Notes under the pieces: model-generated
What the model saw: only the letters and a program-made list of their open reading frames with translations
What the model was told of the DNA's origin: nothing
The model's database searches: none
Made by a program: the position numbers and the translations under genes
Shown here: piece by piece, positions 8,516 through 16,527 of the stretch
Layout of the letters: the number at the start of each line of letters is the position of its first letter
How positions within the stretch are numbered: the stretch's first letter is position 1
Assembly: GCA_036507075.1 (NCBI GenBank)
Contig: DASXQR010000097.1
Location: forward strand, 1 to 64,000
Source of the DNA: Acidobacteriota bacterium
GTDB lineage: Bacteria > Acidobacteriota > UBA6911 > JACQSX01
Direction of reading: 5' to 3'
Length of the DNA: 64,000 nucleotides

Positions 8516-9996
8516 GTCTCGTCCTCCTCCACGGCGAGCGGGCGACATAGGCCGTATCCGCGATACCGACCAGCCCCAAGCAATACCGGACCGTGTACGG
8601 CGCACGGAAAGGTGATGACTGCGTGGGTCTGCCGAATCATTCCGTCGTCGGTTTTGCGCTGGATGCGGGGCATCTGGCGAGTGTGTGGCGAACCGATGAA
8701 CATCGACACAGGAGCCGCAATCACATCTTGGGGTTGGGGCAAGCCGATCCGTTCACAGCCATCAGCGATGGATCTCTCTATTTGGGAATGTGGGTCGTCA
8801 AACTTCGCATGCCGATCGATTGCTATGGGCGTGACCGTTGCCCAACGCCGCGACGGCCCGGTCCAGGTCTCGCTCCGCAATGCGTGACGGTATGCCTGTC
8901 CCTCATCGAGTTCGAGCACGCACTGGCCAAGTTTGCCGAGCACCAGTCGGATTTGCTTAGGCCAGCCTGCATCATCGAAAAGAAAAGCACCAAGACATCG
9001 CGCGATCTCCGACTGTGTTATATCGGACGGCACCGCAACGGCGAGACCAAGCACGTGACCGTCGGCATGCTTACGACCGACATGCGGCAAAGGCACAAAC
9101 GCCAAGTGTCCGGCGGTTCTCTCACTGCGTTTTCCGTCAGCTTGGTGACCACTGACCCATTCCGGCGGCGGTTGCACTGGGGACATGGACATGATCGTGT
9201 CCCGCAGCGCCTTCGTGAGCAGCAGCGTGGATTCCAACCCGAATGACCGACCTTCAATCTGTCGCAGGATGATCAAGCTCTGCGCAAGATAGGGTGAGGG
9301 GATCTCCGTGCGGTCAGCTATCACCATTGCGGGCGAGTATCCCTGCCACACCGATCCAGCAGGGCGCAGACCCGCATCAAACCGCGACCTAAGTTGCGTG
9401 AGTCGGCCGGGGCAAAAGATCCTGAGGCGATGGCGCGACCCGTCGTCGTTCAAAGGCCGGAGGATTTGGCGATTATTCAGATTAGGCACGGTGGGGGGCA
9501 CTTCAAACTGGTCAGCCACCCACATCTGCACCATCGACGCCGAATGTCCAACCGCTGTCACCTTGCCGGCGAGGGACGCTAAAGCAGTTGACTGATCTGG
9601 CGATGGCTGTGCATCCCTCCAAAGTAGATGCACAACCGGATTGTCCGGGATTGCCACAGGAAACTGCCGCGGCTGCCGGTCGCGTCCGATGACCAGGGAA
9701 CCGGCTGACATGAGCGGTTTGTGTTTCTTGATGGGACTGGACGTGTCATTGACCGGGACGAAAGTCGTGACTGATTCGGGCGATCGGGCTGGCGACGCTA
9801 CAACGATCGGCGGCGACTGACGTTCGAGCCACTCAAGTGCGCCACGTTCTCGTTCATCTCCCTCGGTTTCAAAATGCGCCGCGGCCAAGGCCATGAAAAC
9901 GCGGTCCGGATGTGGCGGCCATTCCGCTTTCTCGCGATCCGCCGGGTGCGTCGCCATCGCCCAGCCGTTTAGGTAGTGAATGCCAATGCTAAACAT
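8512..9996 (-). CDS. csb2: type I-G Csb2 (Cas5-Cas6 fusion)
   Basis: 'EWPPHPDRVFMALAA', 'LPHVG...ADGHVLG', 'WATVTP' and the G-rich C-terminal 'GPVLLGAGRYRGYGLC' loop. Confidence 0.95.
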   Translation of the reverse strand: MFSIGIHYLNGWAMATHPADREKAEWPPHPDRVFMALAAAHFETEGDERERGALEWLERQSPPIVVASPARSPESVTTFVPVNDTSSPIKKHKPLMSAGSLVIGRDRQPRQFPVAIPDNPVVHLLWRDAQPSPDQSTALASLAGKVTAVGHSASMVQMWVADQFEVPPTVPNLNNRQILRPLNDDGSRHRLRIFCPGRLTQLRSRFDAGLRPAGSVWQGYSPAMVIADRTEIPSPYLAQSLIILRQIEGRSFGLESTLLLTKALRDTIMSMSPVQPPPEWVSGHQADGKRSERTAGHLAFVPLPHVGRKHADGHVLGLAVAVPSDITQSEIARCLGAFLFDDAGWPKQIRLVLGKLGQCVLELDEGQAYRHALRSETWTGPSRRWATVTPIAIDRHAKFDDPHSQIERSIADGCERIGLPQPQDVIAAPVSMFIGSPHTRQMPRIQRKTDDGMIRQTHAVITFPCAVHGPVLLGAGRYRGYGLCRPLAVEEDET

Positions 9997-11228
9997 TACT
10001 CCTCCCCGACAGCCTGGGAAGCCAGTTCCTGGCTCCTGCGAACCAACTCAATAAGCTGCGGCGACGGTGTGAGCACAAGTTCCTTCTCACGCCATGGCAA
10101 GCCTGCATCCTTCGCAGCTTGCAGCGCGTCGTTGAAAAGAGAAATGGCAGCGTTACCCGAAAGGTTGAACTTCGCCGGTTCTTCGCCTGGTTTATCCAGC
10201 AGTTCCCACATGACGGGCTCAGTGGGGACGAGCTGGCAACGCGATCGTAAATCGCAGCCTTGTTCCTCAGTAAGAGCCCCCGCGCAAAGTGCAAGCGCCG
10301 CCAGCGTGGCTCGTGCAGCAGCATCAATCTTTCCATCAGACTTGGCATCGCCATTCAGAGGAAATCGCAGGCGGCGGAGCGCTGGCAAGGACACAACGGT
10401 CGTTTGCACGGCATGACGGATGGTCACCCCACCATCGGCAATTGTGGGTGTTACATTGCCATGATTCGCCTCGGACGGTCGACCGTCTTTGCCAAGCTTG
10501 ACGGGCTCCTTCTTAGTCTTGCTTACAGTAGCGGCCTTTTCAGGATCGAGCGTCCATCCGATGCCATGTGTCTCGGCAGCCTTGTAGAGCGGGCCGGCGC
10601 TAAGTTGTATTTGCAGCGGGTCGATACGGCTGCTCGTCTTCTTCTCGATCTGTGCATCGATGCCAATGATTTCAGAAACCACCGCTCTCGCGAACTTGGC
10701 TCCGAGCCCTCCTTTTGGACCTGTCGAATCCCACATCCCAAACACGAGTGCAGTGGGACAGATTTCGAACAACGCTGTCGCATTCCGCCCATCGACGTTG
10801 TCCAACCGTTTGCCTAATTCACTTTTTCGGAACGGCTTTCCATCCATCAAGCTGTCGCGAATGATCGCGTCTGCGACGCGATGTGGCATTTCGAGGCTGG
10901 TAATCCGCAGTACTTTCTCAAGCTGATTGCCTTTGAAATCGACCGTGATCACAGGGAGTGAGATTTGGTCCGCTTCCCAGGCATCCAACAGGGCCAGCTC
11001 CATCCGATTTGCCTGCGACTGCACAGAATCGAGTAATACGCGATCCGCCTTTTTGGTTTCGCTGTCGACGCGCAACCCGACGGTGGCATATCTCCCGCCT
11101 TCATACGTTGGCGGAAAAATAGTGGACCCCTCACCTCCAGCTGGCTGCAATTTCGTTACAGAGCGAAATGCGGCAGCTGTTCCGCGAATGGCGTGCTGAA
11201 GCTTTTCCAGTGTCAAGCTGTCACTCAT
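9996..11228 (-). CDS. csb1: type I-G Cas7 backbone subunit Csb1
   Basis: 'LQPAGG...FPPTY', 'LLDSVQSQANRME', 'PHRVADA' and 'PTALVFGMWDS' motifs. Start reassigned to ATG 11228 (GAGGAGG RBS). Confidence 0.95.
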   Translation of the reverse strand: MSDSLTLEKLQHAIRGTAAAFRSVTKLQPAGGEGSTIFPPTYEGGRYATVGLRVDSETKKADRVLLDSVQSQANRMELALLDAWEADQISLPVITVDFKGNQLEKVLRITSLEMPHRVADAIIRDSLMDGKPFRKSELGKRLDNVDGRNATALFEICPTALVFGMWDSTGPKGGLGAKFARAVVSEIIGIDAQIEKKTSSRIDPLQIQLSAGPLYKAAETHGIGWTLDPEKAATVSKTKKEPVKLGKDGRPSEANHGNVTPTIADGGVTIRHAVQTTVVSLPALRRLRFPLNGDAKSDGKIDAAARATLAALALCAGALTEEQGCDLRSRCQLVPTEPVMWELLDKPGEEPAKFNLSGNAAISLFNDALQAAKDAGLPWREKELVLTPSPQLIELVRRSQELASQAVGEE

Positions 11229-11354
11229 TTTCTCCTCCTCTTCGAATTGTTCTTGGTATGTGAAAAGATAAAAGCCAATCGAAATAACCCTGAGCTCACC
11301 AAAAGTCTGCCATCCCAGAGTATGAGCTAGCGGCCCGTTTGCGGACATCCGGCC

Positions 11355-11906
11355 TCAGTCTTGAAGCTGCTGCTTTAGTCGCGTCCAAAATCGGGAATAC
11401 CACTGGCGCAATGTTTCGGGTCTTACTCGAAGGTTCTTTGAAAGCAGGTCATAACGTTCACCGTCGAGCAGGGCCAAAATGGCTTCCTGTCGTCGATGGG
11501 GAAGTCCGTTTAGCTCCCGCTGTGCTACTGCCGCAATTTCAGTGACCAGGACTGATCTTTCTGTGGCGTGCAGGCGTTCTGGCCGGAAAGAAACGTGCGG
11601 TCGTGCAAGAATGTCGAATGCGCGCGTCTCTTTGCACATCATGCTAGGCTGTCGTTCAATGACCGCAATTGCGTTCTTACAGCGATTGTTTTTTCGATAG
11701 TACTGAACGCGTACGCACTTCGCGATTTGACAGATTAGCCCCTCTTGATTCTCGGTCCAATCTATTGGGCTGAGCTGCGCGCTCCGTTTCTTGTCATAAA
11801 CTAGAACCTTCAGGCAGACGTCTTGATAAGCGTCATCGATGAACGTTCTGGTTATAAATGGAGGCACACGCAGTTTGAATCTCTCGAGTTGTTCAATCAT
11901 GTTCAT
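11355..11906 (-). CDS. divergent ECF-type (sigma70 group 4) RNA polymerase sigma factor
   Basis: 183 aa. Region-2-like 'DDAYQDVCLKV' and 'LICQIAKCVRVQYYRK'; region-4-like HTH 'LNGLPHRRQEAILALLDGERYDLLSKNLRVRPETLRQWYSRFWTRLKQQL'. Confidence 0.75.
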   Translation of the reverse strand: MNMIEQLERFKLRVPPFITRTFIDDAYQDVCLKVLVYDKKRSAQLSPIDWTENQEGLICQIAKCVRVQYYRKNNRCKNAIAVIERQPSMMCKETRAFDILARPHVSFRPERLHATERSVLVTEIAAVAQRELNGLPHRRQEAILALLDGERYDLLSKNLRVRPETLRQWYSRFWTRLKQQLQD

Positions 11907-11950
11907 ATCTGATTAATCGCCGGCACGATCAATTTGTGACACCTTTCTTT

Positions 11951-11971
11951 AAAACTTGCCCATTCAATAAA
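11951..11971 (-). promoter_or_regulatory. self-target (partial protospacer plus TTT PAM) of the mini-array spacer
   Basis: Minus strand reads TTT-ATTGAATGGGCAAGTTTT; the spacer 5' end reads ATTGATTGGGCAAGTTTT (17/18 identical). Confidence 0.85.
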
Positions 11972-11979
11972 GTTTATAG

Positions 11980-12007
11980 TTGACTTCATGGACGGCGATG
12001 TTACGCT
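11980..12007 (+). promoter_or_regulatory. probable sigma70 promoter of the mini-array
   Basis: TTGACT-N16-TACGCT with TG extension, ~25 nt upstream of repeat 1. Confidence 0.55.
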
Positions 12008-12032
12008 GACAGGCTGATAGGAAGCAACGAAT

Positions 12033-12142
12033 TCCGTTCCAGGATCTTTTTCCTGGCCCCATTGAAGCATTGATTGGGCAAGTTTTTTTGGATCACCAGC
12101 ATGAACAATCCGCGGTCATCAAGACCGCGGCCCCATTGAAGT
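12033..12142 (+). CRISPR. CRISPR mini-array: two non-identical type I-G-like repeats and one 38-nt spacer
   Basis: R1 12033..12068 TCCGTTCCAGGATCTTTTTCCTGGCCCCATTGAAGC (stem CCAGGA/TCCTGG); spacer 12069..12106; R2 12107..12142 AATCCGCGGTCATCAAGACCGCGGCCCCATTGAAGT (stem CCGCGGTC/GACCGCGG). Both end in GGCCCCATTGAAG, typical of I-G repeats. Confidence 0.85.
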
Positions 12143-12227
12143 ATTGACGTGGTTGGGTCTTAGCCTAGCGTGGCTTGCGCCATTCTCACCTAGATCCAAG
12201 GCTGGCACGGCTGTGCTCATTGGACGT

Positions 12228-12290
12228 CGTCCAGCACAATTAACCAGATGGCCACAATGATGTCTTGCCCAAGCCTGTGGGCAGGTTGCG
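12228..12290 (-). pseudogene. relic of a cas3 5' region (Walker A)
   Basis: Minus strand encodes NLPTGLGKTS and then, after a 1-nt shift, IVAIWLIVL, matching the I-G Cas3 motif I context. Confidence 0.55.
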
Positions 12291-12649
12291 GTCACCTTGA
12301 TCTGATAAGCGACAGTCAATCAGAATTCCTTATGCGCTTCCTTGACCGGCTCCGGCTTCATGGATCAACACACGGTCTGCTGAACCGCGACCCCTGCGCG
12401 CCAGGACCTGACGGATCGCGGTATTGAGGGTGACTGGAATGATACTCCTGGCCTAATCCACGCATCTTTCGACGGCTCCGCCACGTCAACCACGCTCCGA
12501 TATCCAAGTTCTACCTCTCTCGCACGACAAGGGAGGTCGTGCCAGCCAATAATTTCTGTGGAGGGCGGCCGACCAAGCTTGCCGATCTCCCCGTCTTATT
12601 CCCACTTTGAGAACACCCCGTAATTTCGACCAAGCACGGCCTTGCAGAA

Positions 12650-12960
12650 GCACCCCTGCGCGCCAAAAGTTGGCGCGGCCACACGGCTGGTATGCTTCCG
12701 CCCTGTCGCTTACATGCAGCTTCAACCGCAAGTGCCCGCAGTCTGGTAACAAATCCCCGCGCCCGTGCGGGCCGAAGTCCAAATTTACGAGGGAAAGGGG
12801 GCTGTAAGCTCGAATTCTAAGACGTTACAGGCCGCAATCAAGCTTTATTGGAAATTGCAAAACTGGTTAACAACAAAGGCACAAAGGTATCCCGGGTCAA
12901 CTCTGTGCCGTTATTGGCTAGCGCGGTTGAGTTCGTTCCATGTCTGCAACCTTATCAACT
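12650..12960. repeat. copy A of a ~310-bp dispersed direct repeat containing a minus-strand promoter and operator
   Basis: Aligns with 15904..16223; shared core TCGAATTCTAAGACGTTACAGGC.GCAATCAAGCTTTATTGGAAATTGCAAAACTG. Confidence 0.9.
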
Positions 12961-13070
12961 TAATGTGGCGTTTTAATTCCGGCTGGGTTGTTGCTCCTCC
13001 CTATTGGTAACGGTCCAATCTGCCAGCCACAGCAGCGTATAATGTGGTTGGGAACCTTCTTGGCGACCAT

Positions 13071-14333
13071 ATGGAACAATTTGCCATTCTGCAGCGCCGC
13101 AAGACGCGGTGCCAGTACGGAATTGTTGCCGGCGCTGCCTTCCTCTTTGTGTCTCTGCCGATCCGATTCATTCCCGGATTAAATGACAAACTGTGCGGCC
13201 CGCCCCGATATATGCAGGCGGTTGCCACCGTAATGGCCCGACAACTCGCCGCCGCCACCCAGGGTCAGTATCCGGTGCTCGTAGCTGCGCGCGAAGAATC
13301 CGATTGCCGGGCCGTGAACCTGCCCGAGGCAGACGATTACGACGATCAATATTTTGTGATCCGCTATTCCGAGAAAGCGCGCCTTCTCTGTTTGGATGGT
13401 TATGCAAAAGGGGTGCGGTCTTCCAAATCACCCACGGCCGCTACTCTGAATCCCGATATCGGCCGCAACTTCGGCCGCGCTTTAACCGCTCCGGTAAGGG
13501 TGATCTTGTCGTATCGCAAGCCATCGGTTCTTCCACAGGATTATCTCTCGCTGTTGCACTGGCGAACCAAAGCCAACCCTTTGTCTGCCGCCAGTGGCGG
13601 TGTGTCCCACCTGCTTACTTCGCCTGGGGGCGGGGCGGTGGCCAATCTTTCGGTGAACTACGTCGATCTTCGCGCAGAGGTGGCGAAGCGACACAATTGG
13701 ATCAACCGCCTGTTACTCTTTATCATCCTGTCGGGAGTTGGCGCCGTCTTGGCTTCGCTGGCAACACTGAGGCTGCTCTATTCCGAGTGCGCCCAATCAT
13801 TGCGCGGCTATGATTTCTCTCTGTCCATGAATCTCTTTCTAAGTGAGAACTTGAATAAAGTTGGAGAGCTGGCGCAAAACCGTTATCACGAGTACCGGCA
13901 ACACCTGCAGACACAGGCGCGGCTCGATCATTTCTACCGGCGGGAGAAGCAAGAGGTGCAGAGGCATTTGAAGGCTTTGTTAGCCGCCGCGAGCGATGAT
14001 GAGCGGCGCCTTTTGATTCAAAAGACGCTGGACAGTGGCGGCCTCGAAGAGATGCATGCGCTGCTTGACCATCTCCAGCCCCAGACGAGGGAGAAGCTTC
14101 CCGAGGAGCGCTTGCGTCTACTGCTGGAAGCCATTAAGGAATACTGCACCGAGAGCGAGTTTCAGGATTGCCAAAATGAGGTCCTGAAAGTCTTTCACCG
14201 CTCGGGATTCAGAGAAGCCCGGGAAATTATTGTTCGGCGGCATGACGAGCTGCGAGCGCGATCGAAGGCTCTAAAAGAAGACGAGGAAGACCAACAAGTC
14301 CGCCAAGTCTTCCAGCGGCATTCTTCGCCTTAG
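13071..14333 (+). CDS. hypothetical membrane protein (two hydrophobic helices, helical cytoplasmic C-terminus)
   Basis: Long ORF with TM-like 'GIVAGAAFLFVSLPI' and 'LLLFIILSGVGAVLASLATL'; TATAAT at 13038. Confidence 0.7.
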   Translation: MEQFAILQRRKTRCQYGIVAGAAFLFVSLPIRFIPGLNDKLCGPPRYMQAVATVMARQLAAATQGQYPVLVAAREESDCRAVNLPEADDYDDQYFVIRYSEKARLLCLDGYAKGVRSSKSPTAATLNPDIGRNFGRALTAPVRVILSYRKPSVLPQDYLSLLHWRTKANPLSAASGGVSHLLTSPGGGAVANLSVNYVDLRAEVAKRHNWINRLLLFIILSGVGAVLASLATLRLLYSECAQSLRGYDFSLSMNLFLSENLNKVGELAQNRYHEYRQHLQTQARLDHFYRREKQEVQRHLKALLAAASDDERRLLIQKTLDSGGLEEMHALLDHLQPQTREKLPEERLRLLLEAIKEYCTESEFQDCQNEVLKVFHRSGFREAREIIVRRHDELRARSKALKEDEEDQQVRQVFQRHSSP

Positions 14334-14399
14334 CATTGACGAGACCGGCGATGTACGAAACACCGCCGATCCAGAACTCGGTAGCCTGACCGAGTGCTG

Positions 14400-15005
14400 G
14401 AGAACGTTGACTCGGCCCAAGGGAACGGCCAGTGTCGCGAACCGCATTCGCCACTTCCACACTGTGGCAGGCGATCGTTTTCCGTTCGTTGTAACTCAAG
14501 TTCTCGCCGTCTTGCTGATCGTCGGCTTCGTCGAGGGCTTGAACGTCCTTGGGGATTGTCGGCAGCGGGATGGCCGAAACCGCCGCACGTGAGTCGGGAT
14601 CGAATCCCCGATCGGTGCGATAACCACCGCACGACGCCGCGACGCACACGATCCGTCCGAGTAACAAACTCGCACGGGTTGCCTCGATCCACTCGCCGTC
14701 GATCCAGTCCCACACCCAAGCACGCATCCCGCCGGAAAGTTTCGGCTTGCGGTTCGCCTGTGTTTCCTTCCCACAGAGCCAATCGCGAGCTTTCAGAAAC
14801 GGAACGGCGCACAATTCTCGCCGCTGAGGACGACGCCTGGCAGACGGCGACTCCGACTTTTCCAAGTCGAGCCAGAAAACCTGTAAATCCCGGGTCGACT
14901 CAGAAATCGTTCGCGCCAACCATCGCGTTCTGCCGGCCGAAAGCGGCTGTGAACCAGTTCAATTCCGTCATTTCGCCCGGCGGCTTGACTCAAAAACCGC
15001 TCCTC
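14400..15005 (-). pseudogene. internally deleted relic of a second type I-G cas3
   Basis: 'IELVHSRFRPAERDGW' (helicase), then in another frame 'RDLQVFWLDL..PQRRELCAVPF..WVWDWIDGEW..GGY..GFDP..IACHSVEVA'; no HD core. Confidence 0.7.
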
Positions 15006-15006
15006 A

Positions 15007-15429
15007 TTAACCTGGTCGCTTTGCACGTTGAAACTTGCTACTCACCAGGCCGACAATGGCCTGGGCCGCATCGACGGCCCGGCCTCCTTGCTCCTGGGTA
15101 TAAGACTGAAACGGGACGGCAGGGGGAGCAAGGGCATCCGGGTAACGAGTGGGGATATAGTATTGATCCAGGATCCGGCCTGGCCCAATATGCGTCGAAA
15201 AATCACTGTCCATCTGCGAGCACATCTCAGCCAATTGCGCCACCGAGTGAATCGGAACAGAGCGATGACCCGCCCCAACCAGAAACCCCTTCAAGGCCTT
15301 CTGGCTTGACTGCTCGGCCATAAAACAAGCGTCGGAGTAGTCCCCTCGCTCTTGATGGTTGCGGGCCACCACCAGGTCATGCTCAGCCTGGAGCAGCCAG
15401 CGCAAGCCCACTTCATGTCTCGGCTTCAT
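15007..15429 (-). CDS. HEPN domain protein (MNT-HEPN toxin)
   Basis: 'WLLQAEHDL...ACFMAEQSSQKALKG...HS...LDQYYIPTRYPD'. Confidence 0.9.
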   Translation of the reverse strand: MKPRHEVGLRWLLQAEHDLVVARNHQERGDYSDACFMAEQSSQKALKGFLVGAGHRSVPIHSVAQLAEMCSQMDSDFSTHIGPGRILDQYYIPTRYPDALAPPAVPFQSYTQEQGGRAVDAAQAIVGLVSSKFQRAKRPG

Positions 15430-15482
15430 AGACCGTCTTCCCGTTCAACCCACCGAATCAGACCACATCTTCCACGAGCGCT

Positions 15483-15797
15483 TCACCGCTCAGCTTCATA
15501 CACCACTTTCCCGTCGCGGAGCGCCTCGGTAATGAAAGCGTTGTCCTCCTGCAGCATTGCTTCAATCTCTTGCGGAGTGTAGACCAGGATATCGGCTCGA
15601 ACGCCGGCAGGGCACAGACGAGCCATTGCCTCGAGCCTGGCGACAAAAGGCTCCTGCGTCTCCTTGATCACCAATAGATCGAAATCGCTGGCGGCATCAG
15701 CGTCGCCACGGGCAGCAGAACCAAACAGGATGATCCGCTGCGGACGATAAGGCCGAAGCGCCTCCAATAAGGCATCAAGAGATGCGTTCATGGACAA
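15483..15797 (-). CDS. minimal nucleotidyltransferase (MNT) antitoxin
   Basis: 'ILFGSAARGDADAASDFDLLVI...DILVYTPQE'. Confidence 0.9.
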   Translation of the reverse strand: MSMNASLDALLEALRPYRPQRIILFGSAARGDADAASDFDLLVIKETQEPFVARLEAMARLCPAGVRADILVYTPQEIEAMLQEDNAFITEALRDGKVVYEAER

Positions 15798-15903
15798 CCC
15801 CTTGCATCTTTGAATTCTCTTGCGAGGCCGCCAACGCCTTCCGCAACTGGCGTGTGCTTTGCAAGTTTACGACCTATCGGCATCAAGAGCCCCGGTTCGC
15901 CCG

Positions 15904-16223
15904 GCACCGCTGAGAGGCGAGAGTTCGCGCGACCAGACAGCTGGCATGCTTCCGCCCTGTCATTTACAGCCAGCTTCAGACGCAAGTGGCTGCAATCCGG
16001 TGAACAAGTCCCCGCGCCCGTGCAGGCCGAAGTCCAAATTTACGAGCTAAGAGGGGCTGTAAGATCGAATTCTAAGACGTTACAGGCGGCAATCAAGCTT
16101 TATTGGAAATTGCAAAACTGATTAACCACAAAGACACAAAGGGCACAAAGGTGTCCGGGTTAACTCTGCGCCGTTAGTGGCTCGGATGGCCCACTTGTTT
16201 CCCGGTTTGCGACCTCATCAACT
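15904..16223. repeat. copy B of the ~310-bp direct repeat
   Basis: Aligns with 12650..12960; lies directly upstream of the MNT-HEPN pair on the minus strand. Confidence 0.9.
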
Positions 16224-16284
16224 CCGTCCTGAAGATCGGGCCCTGCCGCTCCAACGATTGCGTCTGTAACCTCCGGCGGCGCTT

Positions 16285-16527
16285 CTACATCGCGCAGACG
16301 GCGGGTAATGGCTCGCGTGCGGCGGGAGACGTCTTGGCGGCTTCATCGCGTGCGCGGGAGAACTCGTCCCGCAAACCCCGCTCGGCGCGCTCGATTTCTC
16401 CGAGTACCGCGCCGTCCTGCACCGATGCGGCGAGACTTCTCAGTTTCCGATACAGAAGCGCGAGGACGAGAACTTCAATAACTCCAAAGGTAAGCAGAAT
16501 GCTTACGACCATAAATGACCTCGTCAA
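16285..16527 (-). pseudogene. 5' fragment resembling the N-terminus of RmuC-family proteins
   Basis: TM helix followed by coiled-coil 'ERAERGLRDEFSRARDEAA'; ends after ~80 aa. Confidence 0.4.

Noticed and set aside
11229..11348. N-terminal extension of Csb1 in the ORF track (likewise Cas3 8516..8605)
   Set aside because: Strong RBS and coupling signals support starts at 11228 and 8515.
12143..12226. Possible second spacer and third degenerate repeat ending CTCATTGGACG
   Set aside because: Weak 4-bp stem, altered 3' handle and a 48-nt spacer. The region is better explained as decayed cas3 sequence. Partial matches of its 5' end (~12481 and ~17870) are short and lack a TTN PAM.
12765..13010. 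Paralogous small plus-strand ORFs in the duplicated unit (with 15810..16121)
   Set aside because: Starts and stops differ between copies and no RBS is seen; conservation fits a non-coding promoter/leader better.
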